Source: Eubacteriales bacterium
Lineage (GTDB): Bacteria; Bacillota; Clostridia; Christensenellales; Aristaeellaceae
Reading direction: 5' to 3'
Assembly: GCA_031555975.1 (NCBI GenBank)
Contig: JAVBTW010000276.1
Coordinates: 1-35,349, forward strand
DNA: 35,349 nt
The translations under genes were made by a program, and so were the position numbers. Every line of letters begins with the position of its first letter. The stretch's first letter is position 1. Positions 21,406 through 29,212 of the stretch are shown here, piece by piece. The notes below the pieces were generated by a model, which saw only the letters and a list, made by a program, of their open reading frames with translations, did no database searches and was not told the DNA's origin.

Positions 21406-22545
21406 ATGGAATACAAAAAACTCGGCCGCACCCACTTCGACATCTCCGTCGTAGGTCTCGGCTGTGAACACCTGGAGAACAAGCCCTTCCAAGTCGTTGA
21501 TGAGGTCCTCAAATCCGCACTCGATGGCGGCATCAACTACATGGACATGTTCATGGCGGACCCTGTCGTGCGCACACACATCGGCAACTCGCTCAAGGGC
21601 CGACGCGACCAGATCATGATCCAAGGCATGGTCGGCGCGGTGGTCGGTCCTGACGGCCCCACCATTCCCTCTCGAGATACGACCAAAACCGCGGCCTACT
21701 TCGACGAGATGCTCAAACTGCTGCAGACGGATTACATCGACACTGCGTCGATCTTCTTTGTGGACACAGAAGAACAGTTAAACAAGGTCCTCGCACCGGG
21801 CGGGCAGCTGGAACTGGCACAAAGACTGCAGCAGCAAGGCAAGGCGCGGTTCATCGGCATGTCCAGCCATGTGGCGAGTGTGGCGGCGCGCGCAATTGAA
21901 ACAGGCTCGATCGATGTGCTGATGTTCCCGGTCAATCCCGCGTTCGATATGCTTTCGGATGTGGACAACATTGATGCGCTGTTCAGCCCGGATACCTACA
22001 AAGCACAGCTTGGGCAGGGACCGAGCGCGGACCGGGCGCGGCTTTACAGGGCGTGTGACGCGCACGGCACGGCGATCGTGAGCATGAAGACTTACGCCGC
22101 GGGCTGGCTCCTGGGCGACAACAGCCCCGCGGGCGTGAGGCTGACGCCGGCGCAGTGCATTCATTACGCACTGTCGCGGCCATCCGTTGTGTCGGCGCTG
22201 ATCGGCTGCAAGACGCGGAGCGAGGTGGAAGCGGCGCTTACCTACCTGACCGCAACGCCGAAGGAACGGGATTTCTCCATCTTGAGCCAGTCAAGACAGT
22301 GTGACATGGACGGAAAGTGCATGTACTGCAATCATTGCCTGCCCTGTCCAAGCCATATTGACGTGGCCGCCACGACGCGCGCGCTGGATTTGCTCCCGGA
22401 CGCGCCGGACGCCGCGCGGGCGCAGTATGCGGCGCTTCCGGCGAAGGCGAGCACGTGCATCGCCTGCGGAAGCTGTGTGAGAGAGTGCCCCTTCCACGTA
22501 GACATCATCGGCAACATGAGGAGAGCGGCGGAAGCGTTCGAGTAA
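21406..22545 (+). CDS. Aldo/keto reductase fused to a C-terminal 2x[4Fe-4S] ferredoxin-like domain
   Basis: The AKR N-terminus is MEYKKLGRTHFDISVVGLGCEHL, with a further ...RFIGMSSH motif. Two Cys clusters are present: CMYCNHCLPCP and CIACGSCVRECP. The start is the ATG at 21406, after GGAGGG. Confidence 0.85.
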   Translation: MEYKKLGRTHFDISVVGLGCEHLENKPFQVVDEVLKSALDGGINYMDMFMADPVVRTHIGNSLKGRRDQIMIQGMVGAVVGPDGPTIPSRDTTKTAAYFDEMLKLLQTDYIDTASIFFVDTEEQLNKVLAPGGQLELAQRLQQQGKARFIGMSSHVASVAARAIETGSIDVLMFPVNPAFDMLSDVDNIDALFSPDTYKAQLGQGPSADRARLYRACDAHGTAIVSMKTYAAGWLLGDNSPAGVRLTPAQCIHYALSRPSVVSALIGCKTRSEVEAALTYLTATPKERDFSILSQSRQCDMDGKCMYCNHCLPCPSHIDVAATTRALDLLPDAPDAARAQYAALPAKASTCIACGSCVRECPFHVDIIGNMRRAAEAFE

Positions 22546-22608
22546 ATACCGCCCGCCGTCACAGCAACTGCAGTCCCTGCGCAAGCCCGACTTTTTACCA
22601 TCCGCACA

Positions 22609-22638
22609 TTGACAAGGCCACACCGGCTATGCTATAAT
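22609..22638 (+). promoter_or_regulatory. Sigma-A promoter for tRNA-Lys
   Basis: TTGACA (22609-22614), an 18-nt spacer and TATAAT (22633-22638), about 30 nt upstream of the tRNA 5' end. Confidence 0.75.
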
Positions 22639-22669
22639 TGGTTCGTTGCCCATCTTTCGGGCTACGCAC

Positions 22670-22745
22670 GATCCATTAGCTCAGTCGGTAGAGCATCTGA
22701 CTTTTAATCAGAGGGTCCGGGGTTCGAGTCCCCGATGGATCACCA
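22670..22745 (+). tRNA. tRNA-Lys (anticodon UUU), CCA encoded
   Basis: It folds by hand into a 76-nt cloverleaf. The acceptor stem is GATCCAT/ATGGATC, the D arm GCTC-AGTCGGTA-GAGC and the anticodon arm TCTGA-CTTTTAA-TCAGA. The T arm is CGGGG-TTCGAGT-CCCCG, with discriminator A and CCA. Confidence 0.95.
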
Positions 22746-22747
22746 CA

Positions 22748-22794
22748 AACACCGCCCGGATCCCTTGCGTTTGCTGGGTTCGGGCGGTGTTTTA
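22748..22794 (+). terminator. Intrinsic terminator after tRNA-Lys (possibly bidirectional, also 3' of spo0A)
   Basis: AACACCGCCCG, a 22-nt loop, CGGGCGGTGTT, then TTAT. On the minus strand the same hairpin is followed by TTTGTGG. Confidence 0.75.
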
Positions 22795-22866
22795 TAGCGG
22801 CTCTTTTTTGGGTTTCCATGTCGTTGTCCTGCGCTTTATGATCGCTTCTCTGAGGCATGCGATGGC

Positions 22867-23640
22867 TTAGGCTGTTTTCGAGAGGCGCACCTTGTCGGCC
22901 ACCAGGGCGATGAATTCGCCATTGCTCGGCTTTCGCGCCGCTTCGTGATGGGGGATGCCCAACAATGACCTGAAATTCTCCAGGTTGTTTCGTTGCCAGG
23001 TGATGGATATCGCATGTCTGATCGAGCGCTCTACCTTGGACGACGTCGTACCAAATGCTTGCGCCACTGTCGGGTACAGTTCCTTCGTTATATAATGAAT
23101 CGTCTCCCAATTGTCCGCCACCAAGCGCACTGCTTCCTTTAAGTAGTCATAACCCTGCACATGAGACGGGACGCCGATCCCGAGAAACAATTCGTTTATC
23201 CGCTCAACAATCCCACGTTCACAGCTGGGCTGCACCGCATGCATCCAGCCGCTTCGCTCCGCTGATTCGCCCATGTGCAGCATACACACGCGCTGATGCA
23301 GCACCTCGTAATCAAACGGTTTCAACATATAAAAGCTCGCGCCCAAGTCCATCGCGCGCGCGATGCAATCGTCCTTTCCCATGGCGCTCAGCACGATCAC
23401 GCGCGGTCGCTCACCCGGCAAGCCCAACAACTTTTCGAGATAACAGAACCCATCGTGGATCGGCATCACCAGGTCCAGCACCACAACGTCTGGATGCTGA
23501 CGCAGCGTCACCTCAAACGCTTCCGCGCCATTTGATGCAGTGCCCACCACCTTCACACCGTCCTTGCGCTGAAAGTAGTCCGACATGCTCTTACGGATCC
23601 CTTCGTTGTCGTCGCAGATCAACATCTTGATCGTGTCCAT
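22867..23640 (-). CDS. spo0A: Sporulation master response regulator Spo0A
   Basis: The receiver domain has ICDDNEG, VVVLDLVMPIHDG and a LSAMG-type motif. The Spo0A-specific C-terminal domain is present: GVPSHVQGYDYLKEAV, ITKELYPTVAQAFGTTSSKVERSIRHAI and KPSNGEFIALVADK. The start was trimmed to the ATG at 23640, after AAAGGGGGG. Confidence 0.95.
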   Translation of the reverse strand: MDTIKMLICDDNEGIRKSMSDYFQRKDGVKVVGTASNGAEAFEVTLRQHPDVVVLDLVMPIHDGFCYLEKLLGLPGERPRVIVLSAMGKDDCIARAMDLGASFYMLKPFDYEVLHQRVCMLHMGESAERSGWMHAVQPSCERGIVERINELFLGIGVPSHVQGYDYLKEAVRLVADNWETIHYITKELYPTVAQAFGTTSSKVERSIRHAISITWQRNNLENFRSLLGIPHHEAARKPSNGEFIALVADKVRLSKTA

Positions 23641-23680
23641 GGCCAGTCCCCCCTTTGATACATGCCGCGAACCACACGCG

Positions 23681-23687
23681 TTCGCCA
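23681..23687 (-). promoter_or_regulatory. 0A-box match (TGGCGAA) at the predicted spo0A transcription start
   Basis: The minus strand reads TGGCGAA, which fits TGNCGAA. It begins 3 nt downstream of the extended -10 element. Confidence 0.5.
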
Positions 23688-23689
23688 CG

Positions 23690-23698
23690 ATTATAGCA
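23690..23698 (-). promoter_or_regulatory. Extended -10 promoter element (TGcTATAAT) proximal to spo0A
   Basis: The minus strand reads TGCTATAAT, about 50 nt upstream of the spo0A ATG. The -35 is weak (TTTCAT at a 17-nt spacing). Confidence 0.6.
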
Positions 23699-23807
23699 TG
23701 CAGGTCTCAAAAATGAAACCGTCATTTTATTAAGATGATACGCACCCAGCACAGTGCGGCAACATATTGACCGACTGAGTTCTCTATGTACCATATCTAT
23801 ACCGATT

Positions 23808-23824
23808 TGACGAACATTGTCGAA
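23808..23824 (+). promoter_or_regulatory. Tandem direct 0A boxes (TGACGAA and TGTCGAA) with starts 10 bp apart
   Basis: The plus strand reads TGACGAAcatTGTCGAA. Both boxes fit TGNCGAA and the second is the perfect consensus. The 10-bp phasing fits head-to-tail Spo0A dimer sites. Confidence 0.55.
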
Positions 23825-23894
23825 TCTTGCTGTATGTGTTCGATCAGAACTGGCACGGTTTTGGACACAATACCAGGAAATTGGCATTTCTACG

Positions 23895-23928
23895 TTGACT
23901 TCCTGATTTGGCGGGACTATAATAGTCC
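23895..23928 (+). promoter_or_regulatory. Near-consensus sigma-A promoter for the tandem kinase-like genes, with a 15-bp palindrome over the -10
   Basis: TTGACT (23895-23900), a 17-nt spacer and TATAAT (23918-23923). GGACTATaATAGTCC (23914-23928) is a perfect 7+7 inverted repeat centred on the -10. The predicted 5' UTR is about 150 nt. Confidence 0.7.
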
Positions 23929-23982
23929 AGATTCATTATGACACCTGCACGGTGCGATAAATGTTAATTTTAACAAACAAAT

Positions 23983-23989
23983 TTCGACA
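23983..23989 (-). promoter_or_regulatory. 0A-box match (TGTCGAA, minus strand) inside the predicted 5' UTR of the kinase-like operon
   Basis: The plus strand TTCGACA is the reverse complement of the perfect TGTCGAA box. Confidence 0.45.
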
Positions 23990-24083
23990 CTGAATTATTA
24001 CGCGTGTGCACACCCGTGAAAGAAATGATGGACTCCCCGCCCAATCCTGCATTGAACGGTCCTACAAAGGAACAGGTGGATAA

Positions 24084-25406
24084 ATGCATACAAACACAGT
24101 CGTTTCCGGTCCCATAGGTCCCATCTGGACCTGCGCCGTGGTCATCGCTTCGTATGTCAACATGCTCTTGATTGCGAAGCTGATTTCGCATGTCTATCAT
24201 GAGCCCATCAGCATCAAGCGCCGACTGGCCTTCGCAGCGCTGGCGGGTGGGCTTTCCGCCAGCACCTGGGCCTTCGGCGCGGGCCTGTTTGGTAGCCTGC
24301 CGCTGTCCAATCTGGCCCACTTCGCGCTCAGCACCGTGAATCCTCTGCTGGCGATGGCTTACTACTACATCGCCTCCAGAGTCCTGCACTTGCCCGCCGT
24401 GCACTCGATCCGAATGATGGGCCATATCTATCTGCTGGACATGCTCGTCATCGCCATAAGCCGCTTTGCAGTCAGGATCCTTTCCGGCCCGAACGCGGAC
24501 CATATGACGCTCGTCACGCTCGACAAGCTTGCCTCCCTCGCAGTGCTGTCGCTGGTCTATCTCTGTGTGCGTATCTATCAACGCGCATCGGGCTTTCACA
24601 TCAGCCTCAGCGACAAGGCCAGCCCCAACGTCCATCGCGAACTGCTCCTGTACATGATCCGCACCTCTTTCGCCTACATCGTCGCAGTCGTCGTACCGTT
24701 GTGCCTCGCCAATCCGCTGACTGTACAACGGTTGCTCATCATCATCTTTGCGCTATTGCTGCTGCTGGACATCCAAATCGACCTGCGGCGCGCCATGGCG
24801 TTGCGGTTGGAGAACAAGAAGGCGCACATCAATGCTCTGACCGCCGCGATGGAAGAGTTTTCGCAGGTCAAGCATGACTTTTTTAACATTTTACAGACCT
24901 ACCAGGGGTACATCTCCATGGGCGATTTGGATCAGCTGAAGCGCTATCATGCCACGCTCGCCAACTACACCTTGAAGGCTGACAATCGCATGGCGCTCAC
25001 CGCACGCGCGGAGGAACACCCTCAACTGGTCCAACTGTTGACCAAGCGCGCGGAACTGGCCGAGCATCGCGGTGTGCGGTTGTACATTGACATACAGGTC
25101 GATTTGCAGCATCTGCTCTTGGCCCCAGAGGAATTGTGCAAAGTCGCAGCACTCCTGCTGGACAACGCGATCGACGAGGCGTCTCAATCCCCTATGCGCC
25201 ATGTGTTTTTTTCCATTGAGGCCAAACCTCATGACGAACGCCTTTTGACGGTCTCCCACAGCACCACGAGTCCGAACGAACATAGTCCAGCCCTCATCCA
25301 TGTGCGTCACATTCTGGCCAAACACACCAACTGCGCGTTTCACACCGCGTATTACGACAGCGAGTTTTCCACATACCTGGGCATTTGCCCGCCGTTCACC
25401 GCCTAG
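24084..25406 (+). CDS. Polytopic membrane sensor-kinase-like protein P1: Spo0B/AgrC-type DHp with H-box His, GHKL domain lacking the ATP-lid G-box
   Basis: It has 6-7 predicted TM helices, then LRLENKKAHINAL. The H-box is VKHDFFNILQTYQGY, with the His codon at 24873-24875. The N-box is LLLDNAIDEA. Relative to its paralog, 15 residues are missing where the F/G-box (ERPGVSSKPGHMGQGL) should be. Confidence 0.8.
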   Translation: MHTNTVVSGPIGPIWTCAVVIASYVNMLLIAKLISHVYHEPISIKRRLAFAALAGGLSASTWAFGAGLFGSLPLSNLAHFALSTVNPLLAMAYYYIASRVLHLPAVHSIRMMGHIYLLDMLVIAISRFAVRILSGPNADHMTLVTLDKLASLAVLSLVYLCVRIYQRASGFHISLSDKASPNVHRELLLYMIRTSFAYIVAVVVPLCLANPLTVQRLLIIIFALLLLLDIQIDLRRAMALRLENKKAHINALTAAMEEFSQVKHDFFNILQTYQGYISMGDLDQLKRYHATLANYTLKADNRMALTARAEEHPQLVQLLTKRAELAEHRGVRLYIDIQVDLQHLLLAPEELCKVAALLLDNAIDEASQSPMRHVFFSIEAKPHDERLLTVSHSTTSPNEHSPALIHVRHILAKHTNCAFHTAYYDSEFSTYLGICPPFTA

Positions 25407-25415
25407 CGGAGAAAG

Positions 25416-26768
25416 TTGAGCATCATGTACCTAAACATCGCCTACTCGAGCGCCATGCGGCTCATCTCGATGAGCGTATCATTCATCAACGTGTACTTGT
25501 TGATGTACTTGATCGCAAAACTGATCGAGGACATCTATTTTACACAGTTCCCTGTCAAACGAAAGCTGCTGTTTGCGCTTCTTTCTGGCACTGTTTTGAA
25601 TGATGCTTGGCGCTTCGGTCTGAGCGCGCTCTCGCCACTCGCCAAAACACTCTTGTCCGCCGACAACCCGGTCTTTGCACTGCTGTTTTATTTGATCGGT
25701 ATTCTCGTGCTCAACCTGCCATCGCGCCATGCAGGGCGGCTGATGGGGCATGCGTTCCTGTATTACATAATTACAAGTGTTTTTTGCCGCCTGGTCGCGT
25801 CACTGCTCTTCATACAACAGCCCGGACCCCGCAACCATCTGATGGATGCGGTCCAGCAACTGACCGCCACAGCCATCATGGTGATGATGAGTGCGATCAC
25901 TGTGCGCTGGCTGCGCCTGATTGGGTACAGCGCAAGTCTGGCGGACCAAGTGCCCGACAAACCTCGGCGCGGCCTGTTGATTTATACGCTGAACGCGACA
26001 TTTGTGTTTGTGTTGTGTACATGGGTGCCTGAGACCACGGAGAACCAGGCGGTGGCCAACGCGCTTTTGATGATCACCTTTGTGTTGCTGTTTTTGTTTG
26101 GCGTACAGTTGGAAATCAAGGATGCCATTGCCGTGCGCCTGGAAAACAAAAACGTACACAGCAACGCGCTCAGGAACACGATTGAAGAGTTTTCCGGCAT
26201 CAAGCGCAACTTTCACTCCATCCTGCAGGGCTATCAGCGGCACCTGAGCAAAGGGGATCTGGAAGGACTGCGCCAGTATCATGACGCGCTCATGGATCAG
26301 ACCGTGCGCGCGGACGGCGAGATGCAGCTCAGCCGCCGCATGGAAGAAAACCCGGCGCTGGTCGCGCTGCTCATCAACAAAGCCGAGGCCGCAAAGCAGA
26401 AGGATCTGCGGCTGCGCCTAGACATCCAGACCAGCCTTTGTGGACTCGCCATCAGCAACCTGGACCTGTGCCGCGTCGTTGCATGCCTGCTCGACAACGC
26501 CCTCGAAGCCGCGCAGGAATCGGACCAGCGTCTGATCCACTTCTCCATCGAATACAAGCCCGCAGGTGGGCGGCTGATCATCCTTTCCAACAGCACGGGC
26601 CACCCGGTGGACGTGCGCGACATCGAACGGCCAGGCGTCTCCAGCAAGCCCGGACACATGGGCCAGGGACTGCCCTCGGTAAGAAAGACCTTGGCGAAAT
26701 ACGAAAACTGTACGCTGCACACCTCATACTACGACGGCGGCTTCTTCGCCTACCTCGCCATCGGCTGA
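25416..26768 (+). CDS. Polytopic membrane sensor-kinase-like protein P2: paralog with intact GHKL N- and G-boxes but non-canonical H-box
   Basis: It starts 9 nt after P1, in the same architecture. The H-box position reads IKRNFHSILQGYQRH: Arg (26205-26207) replaces the canonical His and a His lies 3 residues later (26214-26216). The N-box is CLLDNALEAA and the ATP-lid is PGVSSKPGHMGQGLPSV (26652-26672). The start is either the TTG at 25416 or the ATG at 25425. Confidence 0.8.
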   Translation: MSIMYLNIAYSSAMRLISMSVSFINVYLLMYLIAKLIEDIYFTQFPVKRKLLFALLSGTVLNDAWRFGLSALSPLAKTLLSADNPVFALLFYLIGILVLNLPSRHAGRLMGHAFLYYIITSVFCRLVASLLFIQQPGPRNHLMDAVQQLTATAIMVMMSAITVRWLRLIGYSASLADQVPDKPRRGLLIYTLNATFVFVLCTWVPETTENQAVANALLMITFVLLFLFGVQLEIKDAIAVRLENKNVHSNALRNTIEEFSGIKRNFHSILQGYQRHLSKGDLEGLRQYHDALMDQTVRADGEMQLSRRMEENPALVALLINKAEAAKQKDLRLRLDIQTSLCGLAISNLDLCRVVACLLDNALEAAQESDQRLIHFSIEYKPAGGRLIILSNSTGHPVDVRDIERPGVSSKPGHMGQGLPSVRKTLAKYENCTLHTSYYDGGFFAYLAIG

Positions 26769-26842
26769 TGCCAATGCGAGCTCAGCCCTCCATTGAAGGC
26801 CCGCCTCCTCCCTCTGAGGCGAAGGGGGAGACATTGCGTCCA

Positions 26843-26888
26843 CAAAAAAGGAGGCCCGCGGAGGGATCGCTCCCCCTTCGGACCTCCT
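26843..26888 (-). terminator. Intrinsic terminator of the ireB-ruvX-DUF1292 operon
   Basis: The minus-strand RNA reads AGGAGGUCCG...CGGGCCUCCU, a 10 bp stem including one G-U pair, followed by UUUUUU. On the plus strand the stem has a C-A mismatch and no U tail. Confidence 0.8.
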
Positions 26889-26911
26889 GCATGCGCAGGA
26901 CGCTTTCACTG

Positions 26912-27229
26912 CTATTCGTCTTCGTCTTCAGCGCGCTCTAACTCCTCTTCGTCCGCTTCGGCGATCTCCAAGTACCGCTCAAAGATCCGCTCGAGCAATT
27001 CCTCGTCCTCGACGCCGACGTACACGTCATCGTCTTCATGCTCTCCGTCCTGAATCTCCAAAATGACGACTTCATCCTCGCCGATCCCTTCGATGTCGTC
27101 AATCGGCGCCAGCAGCACGTACTGCTTTCCTTCAAATTCCAGCGTCATCAGATGCTCGAACTTGACCGGCTTGCCCTCTTCGTCCACCAGTTCCACGATG
27201 CTATTCTCGTCCACCATGTACCCATCCAT
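26912..27229 (-). CDS. DUF1292 family protein (YrzB-like), acidic C-terminus
   Basis: VELVDEEGKPVKFEHLMTLEFEGKQYVLLAPIDD...VVILEI is typical of DUF1292. The synteny downstream of ruvX is conserved. Confidence 0.85.
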   Translation of the reverse strand: MDGYMVDENSIVELVDEEGKPVKFEHLMTLEFEGKQYVLLAPIDDIEGIGEDEVVILEIQDGEHEDDDVYVGVEDEELLERIFERYLEIAEADEEELERAEDEDE

Positions 27230-27255
27230 GATTGCTGTCCTCCACCATCTATCAT

Positions 27256-27681
27256 CTACAATCTCGACAGCCCGCCGCCGTCAATAAAGACTTGCAGTAT
27301 CAGCCCCGCGGCCATCTTGTCGATGACGTCCTTGCGCTTGCCTCGCCGTACGTCCGCCTCAATCAGCACCTTCCGCGCGCTCGCGGTTGTCAACCGCTCG
27401 TCTTGGTAGATCACGCGGTATCCTTCGTCAGAAAGCCGGTCTCCAACTGAACGCACACGCGCGGCCTGAAACCCCTCGCTGCCGTCCATGTTCCGCGGCA
27501 GGCCGCAGACAATCGCCGCCACGCCGTATTGGGCCGCCAACTCGCGAACCCGGGCCAAGTCCTTTTCCACACCGCGGGACTCAATCGTCTCAACCCCCTG
27601 GGCAGTGATCCCCAGCAGGTCAGAAACCGCCACGCCAATCCGGCGCTCACCCACGTCCAGGCACAATGCGCGCTTCGTCAT
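27256..27681 (-). CDS. ruvX: Putative pre-16S rRNA nuclease / Holliday junction resolvase-like YqgF
   Basis: It has [17 protein letters not shown] and [11 protein letters not shown], and family-typical length. The ATG overlaps the ireB stop (ATGA). Confidence 0.9.
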   Translation of the reverse strand: MTKRALCLDVGERRIGVAVSDLLGITAQGVETIESRGVEKDLARVRELAAQYGVAAIVCGLPRNMDGSEGFQAARVRSVGDRLSDEGYRVIYQDERLTTASARKVLIEADVRRGKRKDVIDKMAAGLILQVFIDGGGLSRL

Positions 27682-27944
27682 CGTTTCTCGTGCATCTCGA
27701 TGTAGAACCGCACCAGTTCCTCCAGGATCTCGTCCCGCTCAAGCCGCCGAATAAGCGACCGCGCGTTGTTGAAGCTGGTGATGTACGTCGGATCACCCGA
27801 CACGATGTAGCCCACGATCTGCATGATCGGGTCGTGGCCCTTGGCTTTCAGCGATTGGTAGACCGACAGAATGATGTCCTCCGCCGATCCTGATAGGTCG
27901 GTTGGGAGGTTAAACTTGCTGGTCTCCGTGAGTCTGCCGTTCAT
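27678..27944 (-). CDS. ireB: IreB-family regulatory phosphoprotein (DUF965/YrzL)
   Basis: [53 protein letters not shown] matches the family. The start was moved to the ATG at 27944, whereas the track ORF begins at a TTG at 27962. Confidence 0.88.
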   Translation of the reverse strand: MNGRLTETSKFNLPTDLSGSAEDIILSVYQSLKAKGHDPIMQIVGYIVSGDPTYITSFNNARSLIRRLERDEILEELVRFYIEMHEKR

Positions 27945-27994
27945 GATGCCACCGCCCTTCAAGCCTGCTGTATAATCATACGGATACCATTATA

Positions 27995-29053
27995 CTACAG
28001 TTCAGGGGATTTTTCAACCATCGACCAGACGCGCAGGCAAATTCGTGCAATCAGCAGCACTGGGATCGCAAAAAACATGCCGCCTATGCCAAACAACCCG
28101 CTACCTACGGTGATGGCAACCAGCACCAAAGGCGGACTCAGCCCCGTGACGCCACCCATCACCCGTGGACTGATCAGAAACCCATCCAGCTGCTGCACCA
28201 CGAACACGACCGATACAGTCATCAGCGCCATATAAAGCCCCTTCGACATCGCCATCAAAACGGCAGGGATCGCCCCGATCAACGGCCCGAAATAGGGGAT
28301 CACGTTAAACAGACCGATCACCATCCCCATCAGCACGGCCGACGGCGCCCCAATCAACAGCAGTCCAATCGAGGCCAGCACGCCCACGATCATCGCGATT
28401 GTCAATTGGCCCTTCAGGTATTGGCGCAGCTCCCGCACGACGCTCGCAATCATCTTCATCGCTGTGCCGCGCGCGGCCATCGGTATGAACAGCTCCATCG
28501 TGAGCAGCAAACTATCCTTATAAAGCAGAAAGTAAAACGCCAGCATCAGTGAAAACCCGAACGCGCTGATCCGGCCGATCATCCCGCCGGCAAATGCCGT
28601 CGTACCTGACAAAAGACCCGTCAGCCCCGTCGTCAGCCAAGACCAGTCAATCTGCGATGGATCAATCAGCGGCAATTGACGCGCCGCCAAAAAATCGTTC
28701 AGCGCTTCGAGCAACGACTTTAGCTGGATTACCGTGCCGGCCATCACCGAGCTCAGTTCCTTCAGTTGCCCAATCAACGGCGGCAGCAACAGCACCACCA
28801 CCAGTGCCAAAAACGCAATCACCAGCGCGAACCCCAGCGCCACCTGCGCACCGCGTGATCGCACACCCCATCTTCCGATCAGCGCGGTCAGCGGTTCCAG
28901 GATAAACGCCATCACCAGCCCCGTCAGCAGCACCGAGCACACGCCCAACAGTTGGCCGCCATACCGAACACAAATAAGGACCGCCGCCAAACTGAACAGT
29001 GCGATCCGCGCGTTTCGTCCGTTGAGCCTGAATCGGTTGTCCACCATATGCAC
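27995..29053 (-). CDS. AI-2E family transporter (PerM/YtvI-like permease)
   Basis: It is an 8-TM protein with the family signature GLFNVIPYFGPLIGAIPAVL. Confidence 0.85.
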   Translation of the reverse strand: MHMVDNRFRLNGRNARIALFSLAAVLICVRYGGQLLGVCSVLLTGLVMAFILEPLTALIGRWGVRSRGAQVALGFALVIAFLALVVVLLLPPLIGQLKELSSVMAGTVIQLKSLLEALNDFLAARQLPLIDPSQIDWSWLTTGLTGLLSGTTAFAGGMIGRISAFGFSLMLAFYFLLYKDSLLLTMELFIPMAARGTAMKMIASVVRELRQYLKGQLTIAMIVGVLASIGLLLIGAPSAVLMGMVIGLFNVIPYFGPLIGAIPAVLMAMSKGLYMALMTVSVVFVVQQLDGFLISPRVMGGVTGLSPPLVLVAITVGSGLFGIGGMFFAIPVLLIARICLRVWSMVEKSPEL

Positions 29054-29128
29054 CGCCTCACGCGCATAGGATGCCCTGAAACGGGCACAAAAAACCCGAG
29101 GCCGGTGTACGCCTTTCCTCAGTCCACC

Positions 29129-29170
29129 GCAGCGAAGGATCTTCCTCTACGATCAATACAGGAAGATCCC
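29129..29170. repeat. Dispersed palindromic repeat, copy F (short hairpin)
   Basis: GCAGCGAAGGATCTTCCT, a 13-nt loop, then AGGAAGATCC. The arm sequence is the same as in copy B. Confidence 0.7.
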
Positions 29171-29212
29171 TCACGGAACTCATTTAGCCGCTCTGCTAGC
29201 CGGTGCGTACGC

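Noticed and set aside
23938-24117. Mini-ORFs in the 5' leader of the kinase operon as candidate signalling peptides: MTPARCDKC at 23938-23967, and a 30-codon ORF at 24025-24117 that overlaps the P1 start.
   Set aside because: Neither has a convincing RBS. They are very short and have no amphipathic leader or conserved processing motif. They cannot be distinguished from chance ORFs without comparative or ribosome-profiling data.
24084-26768. Interpreting the two AgrC-like proteins as an Agr-type quorum-sensing system.
   Set aside because: No AgrB-like peptidase, AgrD-like propeptide or LytTR response regulator is present in the window. Only the kinase fold is shared.
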